Assembly: GCA_012026655.1 (NCBI GenBank)
Contig: JAAILG010001131.1
Span: 1-64,000 of the forward strand
Origin: Hydrolagus affinis
Lineage: Eukaryota
DNA: 64,000 nt
Reading direction: 5' to 3'
The notes under the pieces were generated by a model. It was not told the DNA's origin and ran no database searches. It worked only from the letters and a program-made list of their open reading frames with translations. This document shows, one piece after another, positions 37,372 through 49,276 of this stretch. The translations under genes and the position numbers were made by a program. Every line of letters begins with the position of its first letter. The stretch's first letter is position 1.

Positions 37372-37622
37372 AACAACAACAAAATTACATTTCTAGAGCA
37401 CCTTTCACGTCGGGAGGATGTCCCAAGGCGCTGAACAGTCAGGTCGGGACCCGAGCAAGAGAGAGAGGCAGGGTAAGGGGGAGTGGCGGGAGAGTTAGGA
37501 GGAGAGGGAGAGTTGGGAGGCCAGCAGAATGCACGGTCAAAAAGGAGTTTCTTGAGACCGGTCTTCCAGGAGGCGAGGGGGGGAGCAAGGTGAAGAGTCC
37601 GTGGGATGGAGTTCCAGAGCTG
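37372..37622 (-). mobile_element. L2 LINE 3' end
   Basis: Minus strand LWNSIPRTLHLAPPLASWKTGLKKLLFDRAF, then 3'UTR and (ttg)n tail. Confidence 0.88.
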
Positions 37623-38879
37623 AAAATACTTGCTTGGTACATCTAAAAATTCTCTCACATTCAATCGGTCATTGCAAGTGACATTATAGTATTCACAAAC
37701 ATGATGCTGATTCAGTGGAAAAAGTCAGAACACATTATTAACAGGAGCAAATTCACTCCACAGATATACATTCCACTTACTTCCTATTTTCAATGTCAAT
37801 TTGTCTAAGCAAAAATCTGCGTCTGCGACTGTGACATGTCTATGCAAACCTTTTCATTTAACATGAGATTCTTAACACATGAATCTCTCATGTGTTAAGA
37901 TTCAATGCTGTATGACTGGCCTCAATTGCTATTCCATGTCTCTCAGCCACTTGGCTGTAAAAACAATGCAGTTTTGGCAGAGTACAATCAGGGCAAATTC
38001 TATCAAAAAGGATTAGTTACATATTATTTGCCTACAAATACACTTCACATCAATTGCCTATAAAATACTCTTAAACATTAACAAATTTATAGATGGTACA
38101 CCAAGTGCAAATATTCCTTATTATATAAAGTAACTTTTTGAAAGCATTTCCTCTCATATTAAGATCAATCCCAAATGCTTAGAACTTGGAAGGATGGATA
38201 TTTGTTACAATTATATTAAAGCAAATTTTGAATGCGCTATTGTGATGCAACCAAATGTATACACACATTAATATTTTTTGCATAAAATGCACATTCTAAC
38301 AAAAGAACCCAGCATCACTAAAATATTTAAATAGAAAAGTAAAATTTTATCTGCTTTAATTTGGGTTAGATTCCCAAATGAAAGCATGGATTTGGGTTTT
38401 TAAAACAGTGATGAAGGACCTTACAAGCTTGGGTGAACATTTACTCCATGGACTTGTTTACTAGCTGACATATTCACTCTACCCATCTGCCCAAATAAAT
38501 TAGTCATCTGTGTAAAAAACAAAGGCAAGAGACCAAGCTCATACACATCGCTCAGGAGCCTCAAGCTCAATGTTGAATAATCTTCAGATATGCCATCTTT
38601 GAAACGCGGTTTTGGTGATCCTTCCCATTGAGCATAATTTGAGCTTTCTTTAGCTAAGGTTATGTATAAATACTCTAGAATGTCCCTAATAAGGCAAAAT
38701 AATTTACATTGTTTTTTATTTTTATTGAAAGCTGTGAGATGCAAAATAGTGAGCTCAATATCTCCAACACCCAAAGAAACACAAATTTAGGACATAGAAT
38801 AAGAACATTCAACCAATTGTGTCTGCACTGGCTTCAAATGAACAATCCATACAATTTCATTTACCTGAAGTTCCTCCAT

Positions 38880-39173
38880 AATAATAATCTTTGCATTTGA
38901 TATAGCACTTTTCACGTCTTCTAGACGTCTCAAAGCTCTTCACAGAATACACACAGAATGTAAAGTGAATTGACTGTATATATGAGTGAAACTTGGCAAC
39001 CAATTGCACGCAGCTGTGGTTTGAAATGACCCATTTATTATTGGGTTTCTTCGAGGGATTATTATCAGGTGTGTGGAGTACGGAAACTTGCCCAAGATTT
39101 CGCCCTGCCTGGAATTGAACCCAGGTCTCTCGCTTGTAAGGCGATTGTTCTAACCATTAAGCTGTGGGACTCC
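38880..39173 (-). mobile_element. tRNA-derived SINE (full length)
   Basis: Reverse complement includes head (ggttagaacaatcgccttacaagcgagagacctgggttcaattcc), body and tail. Confidence 0.9.
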
Positions 39174-39194
39174 ATGCAATTACCCCTGCAAATT

Positions 39195-39412
39195 AAAGCA
39201 GAAATCATGGACACAGTCAGCAGGTCAGGCAGCATCTATGAAGAAAGGAAAGTGAGTCAATGTTTGGGTCCATGACCCTTCGTCAGAACCATTCTGATGA
39301 AGGGTCGTGCATCTGAAACATTGATTCACTTTCCTTTCTCCATAGATGCTGCCTGACTGTTCCCAGCAATTTCTGTTTTTGTTTCAGATTTCCTGCATCT
39401 GCAGTATTTTGC
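39195..39412. mobile_element. Palindromic Penelope-like terminal-repeat remnant with degenerate hammerhead cores
   Basis: Inverted arms 39224-39288 and 39292-39357, each with CTGA(T/C)GA-A-GGGT...-(G)AAAC followed by ...agatgctgcctgac. Confidence 0.7.
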
Positions 39413-39734
39413 AATTTTTTTGGGGGGTCTGCAAATTACTCAGTATTAGATCCATAGGTCAATGGGATCTAAGTAGACTTCTATCAATGATAGTATTTGT
39501 CGAGTTCCTAACATGCAGTCTACCTTGACCACATTTAACAAAATTCCATTAGTACACTCCACACCAAGTAATAATTACAATTTGTTCAAGAGTGAAAATT
39601 TAATCATCCTTCGAGGAGCCTAATTGTATATTAATATATTTTTGGAATTTTTGAATGCACCTCCATGCTTTCTTTCCAGGACTGTTTATCCCATAAATCA
39701 ACCACTGAAACATGGGTCAGATTATTGTTAAACA

Positions 39735-39900
39735 ATAATAATTTGGTCACTCAATCCACGACTGTTTGTGGGACAGTGCTGTGAGCAATTGGCTGCTGCG
39801 TTTCGCCCACAAATATACAGCCAATTCAGATTACAGTATATTCTGTGAAGCGCTAGAAGACTTGAAAAGCGCTATATCAAATGCAGGGATTACTATTATC
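39735..39900 (+). mobile_element. 5'-truncated SINE
   Basis: 3' half of the family. Confidence 0.85.
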
Positions 39901-41764
39901 ATTGTAAGCTAAATTGTAGTTTCCTAATACTTCATAAAACATCTGGACATTATCTGGCAAAATAGAGAGGAAAGGGACCCTAAATTATTTCGATGGAGAA
40001 AGCAAGGTCAGGTTTTTGATTTCAACCAAATTCAGTCATTTTACTGATGAACCTTTTTTTTTGGCTAACACGGGAGTTAGGAATCATCTGGAGGAACATG
40101 AGGCAATGAATACAACTGAACCTAAAATTAACCTAATAATACACCAATTAAAATTGTAAACACACAGCTGTTTGGTTGCAAAATATATTAAATGTTATAA
40201 GGACTCATTCAGGAATTTGATTTAAACACCTTGGGACATCTTTACCCGACGTGAAAGGTGCTATATGGATGTGATTTGTTGTTGTAGATTGCCAGAATAG
40301 AACTTTAATAGCATATGTAACTTTATCCATGGACCTTGTCGGTACAGAGCTAGATGAACAAGGCTGCAAAATGGCCCACCGTATTGTAATTTGAACTGGT
40401 ACTAGCAAGAGAAAATTGTTGAATGCTAAAATTCTTTCTAACGGCTTGTTTAGTCCTGGAAAGGATTAAACAGTTGTCTGGTAACTATGACACAGCATAT
40501 CCAAATGCCATTGAAAGGCCTGCAACAGCTGTCATGCTACTCAGTCTTACTAACAAAACCCTCACATCCCGTATCACAGCTTATTATGGGGAAATCTGAA
40601 GGTCAGTCAGAAACATGCTCTTAAAAACAATGTTTTATTTGTATAATAGAAATAAGATATTTCACTGTCATGTCCCAAGGGGTTAAAGACTGACTGTCAT
40701 ATTTTCTTACATCTAAAAATGGTAATACATCTATGCATTTAAAAAAAGATGCAGGCTTGTATCAATTCCAAAACAGATTTAGCTTAATCAGAATATAGAT
40801 GATCTTGTAAACATATTTCCTACCAGCATTTTAAAAGGTTATGGGCATTGGGAATCATCTGAATAATATAGACACAAAGATAATAAAGACAAAGGAGGTC
40901 TGAAATTATACCACTTTCTCAAAACAAAAATGACATATAGTTTCCCCAGAAGAACCAATCTGCAAAGGAGGCTACTTAAGATCCACCATGACCATCAGTT
41001 CCTCACATACAGAAAGAAGCTCAAATTTCCACTCAAAAGGTTATGCTCCTCACACCATCCACTGCAAAGCTATTTGCATTTCTGCAGTGAAGAGTCAGGC
41101 CAACATCCACTCCAGTGCCCTCCCCACATAGTCTGAGACAAGTATCTCATTTAGTACCCATCCTACTGATCTATGCTCCCTTCTCCCAATGCGATTTGGC
41201 AGCAATACAAAAGCAAAGAGCAAGAGTCAACAGTGTGAGAACTCAAAAACAATTGAGTTTTTTTTCTTTCCTCGAAGATGGATAGATTCACCCCTTGTCA
41301 ACGTAGCACATTAATTTTAAGCCTAAATTCTGCAAAACCGGTTTTAGAGAATGCAAACATCAATGTTCTAAAACACAAAAGAACTACGTGGACACAGCAG
41401 ATGCATTAATCAAAACAGCTTTTACACAAATCAGATCAGTTGTGTTGAGGCCCCATATTCAAAGATTCACTCATGTATTAGACCGGGAAAGTACAAATAT
41501 TGTTAAATAAAAGAACAGTAGTTCTACAATTTTTATTTTGAATGGAGAAAACAATTTTAAAGAAACTTGCAGGAAGATGATTAAAGCAATAATGTGTACC
41601 TACAAAAAAATGACCTTTATAACATTCAGAATTGAGGTGTGGAGCTACCCACTGCTGTGCATTTCAGCTGTTCCAATCACCAGAGGGGATACAATGGTCA
41701 TCAAAGGATCTCCAAGGAGAAGTAGCTGGTGGGAACCAATGGTGATATTTTCTTCTCCACCTAC

Positions 41765-42238
41765 CTGTCACTGCTGGTACTACTGCTGCTGCTCACTGAA
41801 TCACTGCTTGATGACCTACTCCGAGACCCACTACCACTGGGAGATCGGCGTGACCTTGATGCTTGGCTGGATCGCTGTGGGGACTGGTTTCCTGACCGCG
41901 AAGAATGTGGGGATCGACTCCTACTGTGCTGATAATTTTTTTCCTGTCGCCTTCCTCGTACTTCCCGTGTAATACTTTCCCTGTAGAGGTCCCGGTGCAC
42001 TACACTCGATATTGCAAACTGTTCCCTCCCTCTTTGTTCATATCGTGGATCATGAGCTTCAAATCGACTTGGGCTTCGACTTCTTGACCCATAGTAAACT
42101 CCGTGTTGTATAGTTCGATCCCGAGGGTCTCTAAAATAATCCTGTTCATAATGTCTGGGACGATCAAACCCCGCCGCTGTACGATCGTGGTGTCCATAGG
42201 CACTGTGATCATAAGTACGCTCCCTGTTATCAGAAGCC
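41765..42238 (-). CDS. SPEN: SPEN exon 3 (RS/Ser-rich linker)
   Basis: Acceptor ccccacag|G, donor GACAG|gtaggt, 474 nt. ASDNRERTYDHSAYGHH...SRSRSP...SSSSSTSSD. Confidence 0.96.
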
Positions 42239-45223
42239 CTGTGGGGGATTTTGGGGGGAGGGGAAGAGGGAAAGGAAAAAAAGAATCTGTCAAGCATCAG
42301 CAACATAGCAAAAAGTTTCCCACATGCCCCGTCTAAGGTCTGAGAAAATAAGCACTTAAATCTTAACTACAGAGTAGACAGAATAAAGAAATTAGCAATA
42401 GCAGCTGTGTTCAGTAGATCTACAATGGTTGCCATCGGGTTTCTCATTGATTTGATATTTTTTTAATTTCTAGGTGCCGGTACAGAAGGAACGCTTATTC
42501 TATACTCCAGATGCTGATATGTGTATATCTGCCAAACTCTTAAGGCTGTCTCATCTTTTCACAGCAGGAACTATGTCACCTTAGCCCCCTCTATCCCCAA
42601 TTTTACTCAATCTAAATTGTACAACTGTATTTTTTTTAAATCTTCTCAGAAGCTTATTACATTATGTACAAAGTTAAAGAACAAGGGCTTTAAGGATGTG
42701 AAACCATCATATTTCAAAACAGTAAGGTAAGCCATTTGCATCAAGCGTTTGCCAGGAAACTCATGATTGGAAGAAAGCAGAAATGAATAAAGCTGAGTTT
42801 ATTGCTGGTTATCCATAGAAGATAACCCAATATATTATTATGTATGAAGAAATATCCCTATTGGCTAACCTTGTGCATCAATGTCTCCATTCTGAAAGGC
42901 ATAATTAGAAGGCAAGTGTAGAAAGAGATCTCTTTGTCCATACTTCGAAGTGAGGTCTTCTAGCCATGTACCTGGCAGAACCTTAAGGGAGTCGTATCAG
43001 ACATTAAATAGGTGAAGTTGATGCAGGTTTTGGAGATTTCTGAAGGCTTATCTGTCCAATATTGATCATGCAGATAGAAGATTAAATAAAAGCTGGCCTT
43101 GATCATTGCCGAAAAAAATCATGGCCATACTTTAACTCCATATATCCAAGACAAGAACAGTGAAATCCACAAAACTACCAGTATTTGATTTTCTTTTTTT
43201 TTAAAAAATCCACTGCTTTCTTCCAATGTCCTCCTTTGTGACTAAAATGGTTGTTGTTCCATTTTATTTTACCTGTATCCTGATACATGTATCCATTGAT
43301 GCATTATTCATTGAAATTCACTATATTCCTAACTCTTAACCAGTTGTATTTAGCTCAGTAGATACATACAATATATTTTGTTTTATCATAATTCAATGTG
43401 TGGGAATGAAAAACACAAACATAAAAAAACTTTTAGCACTATCTTATTTTAGCTGTCTCTATTCTATACTCCCTGAAATTACAATATTTGCAATCTTATT
43501 CAGCATTCTTTCAAAATAAAACTTAATTTAGTCTGCTGTTAAAATATTTTTTATATAGCTATTGAACTATGCACAGTAATTTCAATTCTATTTCAATTAT
43601 GAGCTAGAACTACAAAACTTTGGGCTCTACTGTGGAATCATTTTACACTGACCTTTCAGCAATCAGGAGCAGCAAGCTGATTCCAAGGGTTACTGCTGTC
43701 AGCTGACATACAAAAACACAAAGTCCTATTCCATAAAAGACACAGAAGACAGGCACAAGAGCTAACAGAGCTGCAAGGCTGTGAGTTTCTATTGGCTACA
43801 GTGTTTTTGGGGTCTCTAGCAGTGCTAATGACTATTGGAGTTAGTGGAAAGGAAGGGTTGACTGGGTTAGCAAAGGGGCTAAGATACACATGGCAGGGCA
43901 TACCAACCTTTTTAAGACTGCAGTAAACACGCCTAAATCCCAATTAAATCTAGGGAGAGAAAAGTGTACAAAACATCCCCAATTTGGCCCCTCTTTAAGG
44001 GGTAATCCAAGTTCGGATAGTGCTAATGACGTATTGTTTTTGGGGATAGCATCAACAAGAAAAACTGTGCGAGCACCCAAAAAAGATAAGCTTCCATTGC
44101 CATTGTTAAGTATATTCGCCTGAAAACAGCTTCCAAAGATAAACAGTAACTCCCAAACCCCCAGACCTCTCTGAGATGGAGGAGATTGGACGTATGTCGG
44201 TAGACATATATAACTCCAATTCTTGAGTCCATAATAAGCAACTATACCAATTACTCCCAGAGCACAGTGCTTTCTTCTAGCAGAAGGCATCACTGATCCA
44301 TTTGCTAGCAGTCAGCAGCCATTCAGTCCAATAGTTATAGCATGTTTTCATGTTTTTATCAAAGTTAAATATGATATATCCACTAACATTTTGGCTTTGT
44401 TCATTTGTCCACTGGTTACAATAAGGTAGAATCGTGTGAAACACAAACCAAGTAATCCACTCTGCCAAACACTACTTCAGATGTATAAAATCCCTTGATG
44501 AGGAGATAATGAGCTCTAATCCAGAATTTTTTTGGGGAAAAAGCTCCAAATGTTCAAAAGTCTAATCGTTTAAGTTTAGCCCATAAATATCCACACGATC
44601 CAATGTGGGAGTAAAAATAGTACAGATTTGTAGACCCTTGGCAACTGTGTCAGTTACGTCCTCAGTCTTCAGTATTCCTCTGCACGTATTCCTGTTGTGA
44701 ATTGTTGACTGTAATATCCTTCCAGGAAAATGTACTGTACCTTCATAGAAATCTTTCATATCCAAATAATGGGTAGTAATACTGTACATTTAAACAGAAG
44801 CCAAATGCAACACTGTAGAAAGTCCTCAGTGCCCCTCAGCGTCATTTCAAATAGTTGGTCTGGTAATTCCATAGTATTCCCTGGGATAGTTGCACCATAT
44901 TATAGCCACTTGGTCGAGGGGATACATCCAGAGGGAACTGCTTGCAATCCAGGGAAACAAGGGAACCTTATTACGAGAGATAACTCCACATATTGGTATT
45001 AACTGATAGAAACCTTCCATCAAACTAACCATCTTATCCCAGGAGTAGTCATCCAGCCAGCTGCAGGATAGATCCACTGCGAATAGGCCAGAGCTGCTAC
45101 TGGTTTCACTTCTCTTCCACATCCAATACGGCACGAATGTTTAGATTTTCTCAATAAATCCATCTGGGGACCCTATAACATGAGTTGCTGTTTCTCACCA
45201 CACTATTTACCAAAACCCTGCCT

Positions 45224-45277
45224 ACGTCCTCCCGACGTGAAAGGTGCTATATAAATGCAATTTGTTGTTGTTGTTGT
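45224..45277 (+). mobile_element. L2 3' tail micro-insertion ~20 nt into intron 2
   Basis: acgtcctcccgacgtgaaaggtgctatataaatgcaatttgttgttgttgttg. Confidence 0.8.
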
Positions 45278-45297
45278 AGAGAAATCTTGGAACTTAC

Positions 45298-45618
45298 CCA
45301 TCAAGTCTCCGTTCATAACGTCCTTCCCGTCCATGTAGTGATGGTGGTGGTCCATATGTTGGCCCCCCACCAACTCCCCTGAACCCTGAAACCTCTCTAG
45401 TACGAGTTCCTATGGGAACGGTATCATCTAATCCCCGAGCAGCACTGGGAATAGTGGCAGGCTCATTGTAATCCGTCCGTAGATCTCTGTCACCCATTTT
45501 GTTGACAGAATTGTGTGCTTTCTGTGCACTTTTGATGTCCACAAAATCCACAAAGGCTGCCACTCCACCCTCTGAGCCCCTTTTGGGAAGAATTTTGACG
45601 CTTTCCACACGGCCATAT
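45298..45618 (-). CDS. SPEN: SPEN exon 2 (RRM1)
   Basis: Acceptor cccttccag|A, donor ATGG|gtaagt, 321 nt. YGRVESVKILPKRGSEGGVAAFVDFVDIKSAQKAH...GRYERRLDG. Confidence 0.97.
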
Positions 45619-46040
45619 CTGGAAGGGAAAAAAAGAAAAAATATTTAGCTCAACAATTGAAATTATTTTGATTTATTCATCCTCCATTAGACATGTATCC
45701 AGATCCACAACATTACACTGTTAATAAGCATTATGCTTTCTTGAGATGTCTAGAAACTAAAAACTAAGAGTAAATTATTTCTGTGAATCAGATGATCAAT
45801 ATTGAAAGATACAGTGCAAGAAAGTGTACAAGCCAATAAAATATCTTGCACTGAACAGACATTGACTGGGGTTAAGGTTGATGTTTTTAAATCTGGCACT
45901 AAAATTTAAAATGCATTGCCCAGTCAAATAAAATTTATTTTTAATAATTGTTCTCTAATCCACAGCCCTTTAGTACAACGTAAACCACATTCATACTCGT
46001 GTGTACTACATTATGAGCATCTCCGTTTGTAGTATCTGTG

Positions 46041-46382
46041 GAGCTCCTGTGGCTCAGTGGTTAGAGCATTTGTCTTGCAAGCTGTGGAGACCAAGCTGGG
46101 AGACCTGTGTTTGAATCCAGGCAGGTCAGGGCGAAACTTTGGGCAAGTTTCCTTACTCCACACGCCTAATAATAATCCGTCCAAAAAAACCACAATAATA
46201 AAATTGGTCATTTCAATCCACAACTGTTTGTGGGACACTGCATTGCGCAATTGGCTGCCGCGATTCGCCCACAAATATACAGTCAATTCACTTTACAGTA
46301 TATTCTGTGAAGCGTTTTGGGACGTCAATAAGATGTGAAAAGCGCTATACCAAATGCAAGGATTATTATTATTATTATTATT
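46041..46382 (+). mobile_element. tRNA-derived SINE (full length, head-duplication variant)
   Basis: Closely similar to 3256-3592, including the duplicated caagctg(t/g)ggagac; (att)n tail. Confidence 0.92.
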
Positions 46383-46819
46383 GCAGGAATGACCAAATTC
46401 AAATCAACATATTTAAATCAGTTTCATGCAGACCTGTCCCTATTAGGGAAATACTTATCCCTGTTTAACATTTTCACCATCTCTTGTAACTACCCTGGGA
46501 TCTCATTCATAAATGGACACTCTCATGCAATCAGTAGTGCTTAAAAAAAATTGTATTAATTCTCCAAAAGAGAAAAAAGTACAATTTTCACTTACAAATT
46601 CTGTATTGTAGTTATTGCTTGAGCTTGTACCATTGTACATATTAAATAAAATCCTAGCATTTCAGGAAATATCTCCTTGAAACGACCACTCATCAGATAT
46701 CTTAATTGGGATTTATTTCAAAACTTAAAAAAAAAATTTAAAGTATTTTCCTGGCTACTAAAAAGCACAGGAAGATTCCTATAGATTCACACACATTCAA
46801 CCCAAACACACTAGGCGCA

Positions 46820-46945
46820 AACAACAACAATAAAATTACACTTGTATAGCGCCTTTCACATCAGGAAGACGTCCCAAGGCGCTGGACAGTCACTGCTTCA
46901 GACCCAAGCTGAGGACGGGGGGGGAGAGGGGGGGGAGGATAGGTA
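46820..46945 (-). mobile_element. L2 3' end fragment
   Basis: acaacaacaataaaattacacttgtatagcgcctttcacatcagg... Confidence 0.8.
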
Positions 46946-48467
46946 TTGCCGAGTACAAAAACAATCATATTTTGGAAATAAGGATATCTCATATGATATG
47001 TGGAAATATTCAACCTAGTGCAATGGTGTGCTTTTCAGAGGTTGAGATTAAGCTATGATACTGTAGCAGATCTTAGCCTGACCCATAGGAACTGACTTGG
47101 AATACTAATGATATCAGATTGATCCTGGGCATGAGTGTTTGCTGTATCTGGAAAAAATTATAAATATTTTACATCAGTAGAGTATATTAATCTGTCAGCA
47201 CAGATCTGACATTGTGATTTTAAAATGGGTGACTGTTTAATTTACAACTAATTCACATAGTTGCATTACACAAAAATGACAGGACAGATTTCAGCCAATG
47301 GAATGGTTTTCTTCCAACAGGTTTTGTTATCTGAAATTTTTACACTGTATTCAAGTCAGATACTGACTGCACTAAGGAATTCTGTAGAGAAAAACATTCT
47401 GACTGCAACTTATCCAAGTACTGCTACTGTAAAAAAAACACAAGTCAGCACCTGACTGCAATGTATATCCCCATGAAAACCAGGTCATCCAGTGTGAACA
47501 TTTGGATCCAATCAAAAATTAGACAATCAAAATCAACTAGATTCTTGTTTGCACACCATTATGGTTGCCTGGAGATATCCAACGTTAAGATGTAGACTTC
47601 AGGAGATCAGGTAATTAACTGAATACATTCATAATTCAGCAGTTTAAAAGAAAACTATTTCTCCTTCTACAATTGGGTTTTCCAATGAGAGAACCTAATT
47701 TCCTTCCCTATATTTCAAGTTAAAGTGCTACAGGCACTTTTATGTCTGTACTGCCAATGCCTAGGCATTTTTATTTTAAAAATACAGTCCAAAGGTTAGT
47801 GTGGACTAATTACTGAAAATACTAATCTATCGTACAACACTATCTTATTGACAAAAGAAAAGGACTTTGAAAGGACATTTCCAAAAAATTGTGTAATCAG
47901 TGAACTACAGCTAAACTATTTACTTTGATTGCAAAGTGTTGCTTAATACTGTACTATGATCTTAACTTTTCAAGACATATTAGGCAAAGCTCCAATTTCT
48001 AAATAGCAATGAACATTTTACCAGTTCCCATATAACAAAATTACATAAAATCTACAGCACAGAAAAAAGCCCTTCAGCCCAATTAGTCCCTGAGAGTTTA
48101 TATGCCAAGAGTACCATCTCCTTTACCTCTCCCATTCCCTTTTCCCTCAAGCATGTGATTTAGTCTTTAATAATGCTTGAACCATTCATGTCAATAAGTC
48201 GTCTTAAAGGTCTTCAGAGGATTTACTGCAGTATAGTGAAAGGTGCTCTATAAATATAATTTTGTTGTTATTGTTGCAGTGACTGTGTATTCTGTATTTG
48301 GAATGTTACATTTTATGTAAACAAATTAACAATTTATTCATGATAAAGCTATGCAGCCAAGTATGCAAACTGTGAACAATTTACGGTTGGAAAGCGTTTT
48401 TTGGGAGTAGAGGGGGTAAATCGACATTATGAAAACCGCCAGCAGCAAGATTTCACATCTTTTCCAT

Positions 48468-48878
48468 GAGCCTAATAATCCCTCAAGTAAAAAAATAATA
48501 AATTGTTCACTGAATCCACAATTCAAAGCGCATTTGGCTGCCGTGTTTCTCGACAAATATAATCAATTCTCTTTACAGTTTATTCCATGAAGCGCTTTGA
48601 GAACAGCGGTTCTCTTTTGTACCCCAGGGGGTACAAAATTACTTCCAGGGGGTACAGGTGGCAGTACACTGATTTTTTTTTAGCTCTCTTATTCAGTGTT
48701 TTTTATCCAAATTGTATATTTAATTGTTTTTCTGCTCTTCTGCTAGTTATGAGGGGTGTGGTGTGTGTGTGTGTGTGGTTGGGTGGGGGTACACGATAAT
48801 GTTGAAAATTCAACAAGGGGTACATTACTGACAAGGTTGAGAACCACCGGTCTAGAAGATAATGTAAGGATTATTATT
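48468..48878 (+). mobile_element. SINE 3' half interrupted by a hAT MITE
   Basis: SINE body to ...gcgctttgagaa, resuming gtctagaagat...ggattattatt after the insert. Confidence 0.75.
48604..48849. mobile_element. hAT (Charlie-like) non-autonomous element
   Basis: TIRs cagcggttctc...gagaaccaccg, repeated GGGGTACA subterminal motifs, right flank gtctagaa (NTCTAGAN-type target). Confidence 0.75.
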
Positions 48879-49176
48879 TCACGCAGCAATTTTAGTTAAT
48901 TTTAGTGGCAATCATTAAGTAATATGCTCTTAGTATAGTCAAACATAAATATTTCTATTTCCATGTATAGGTTTGTAGATACTCCTAAAATCAAGGCCAA
49001 TTAAACAAACGATCGGACTTTTAAACACATGCTGAGAGTAGCAACGAGCTTGTATGCTTTCCCCCAGCAAGGAGGAGTTGAACTGGCTGCATAGACACAC
49101 CTAGTGGCTGGCTTCCAACCTAACCTCTCTGGTTGCAGCAATCTCGCTGCCGACTGGCGGTGCAATGCTGTAAAAT

Positions 49177-49276
49177 NNNNNNNNNNNNNNNNNNNNNNNN
49201 NNNNNNNNNNNNNNNNNNNNNNNNNNNNNNNNNNNNNNNNNNNNNNNNNNNNNNNNNNNNNNNNNNNNNNNNNNNN
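49177..49276. other. Assembly gap (100 N)
   Basis: Run of n. Confidence 1.
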
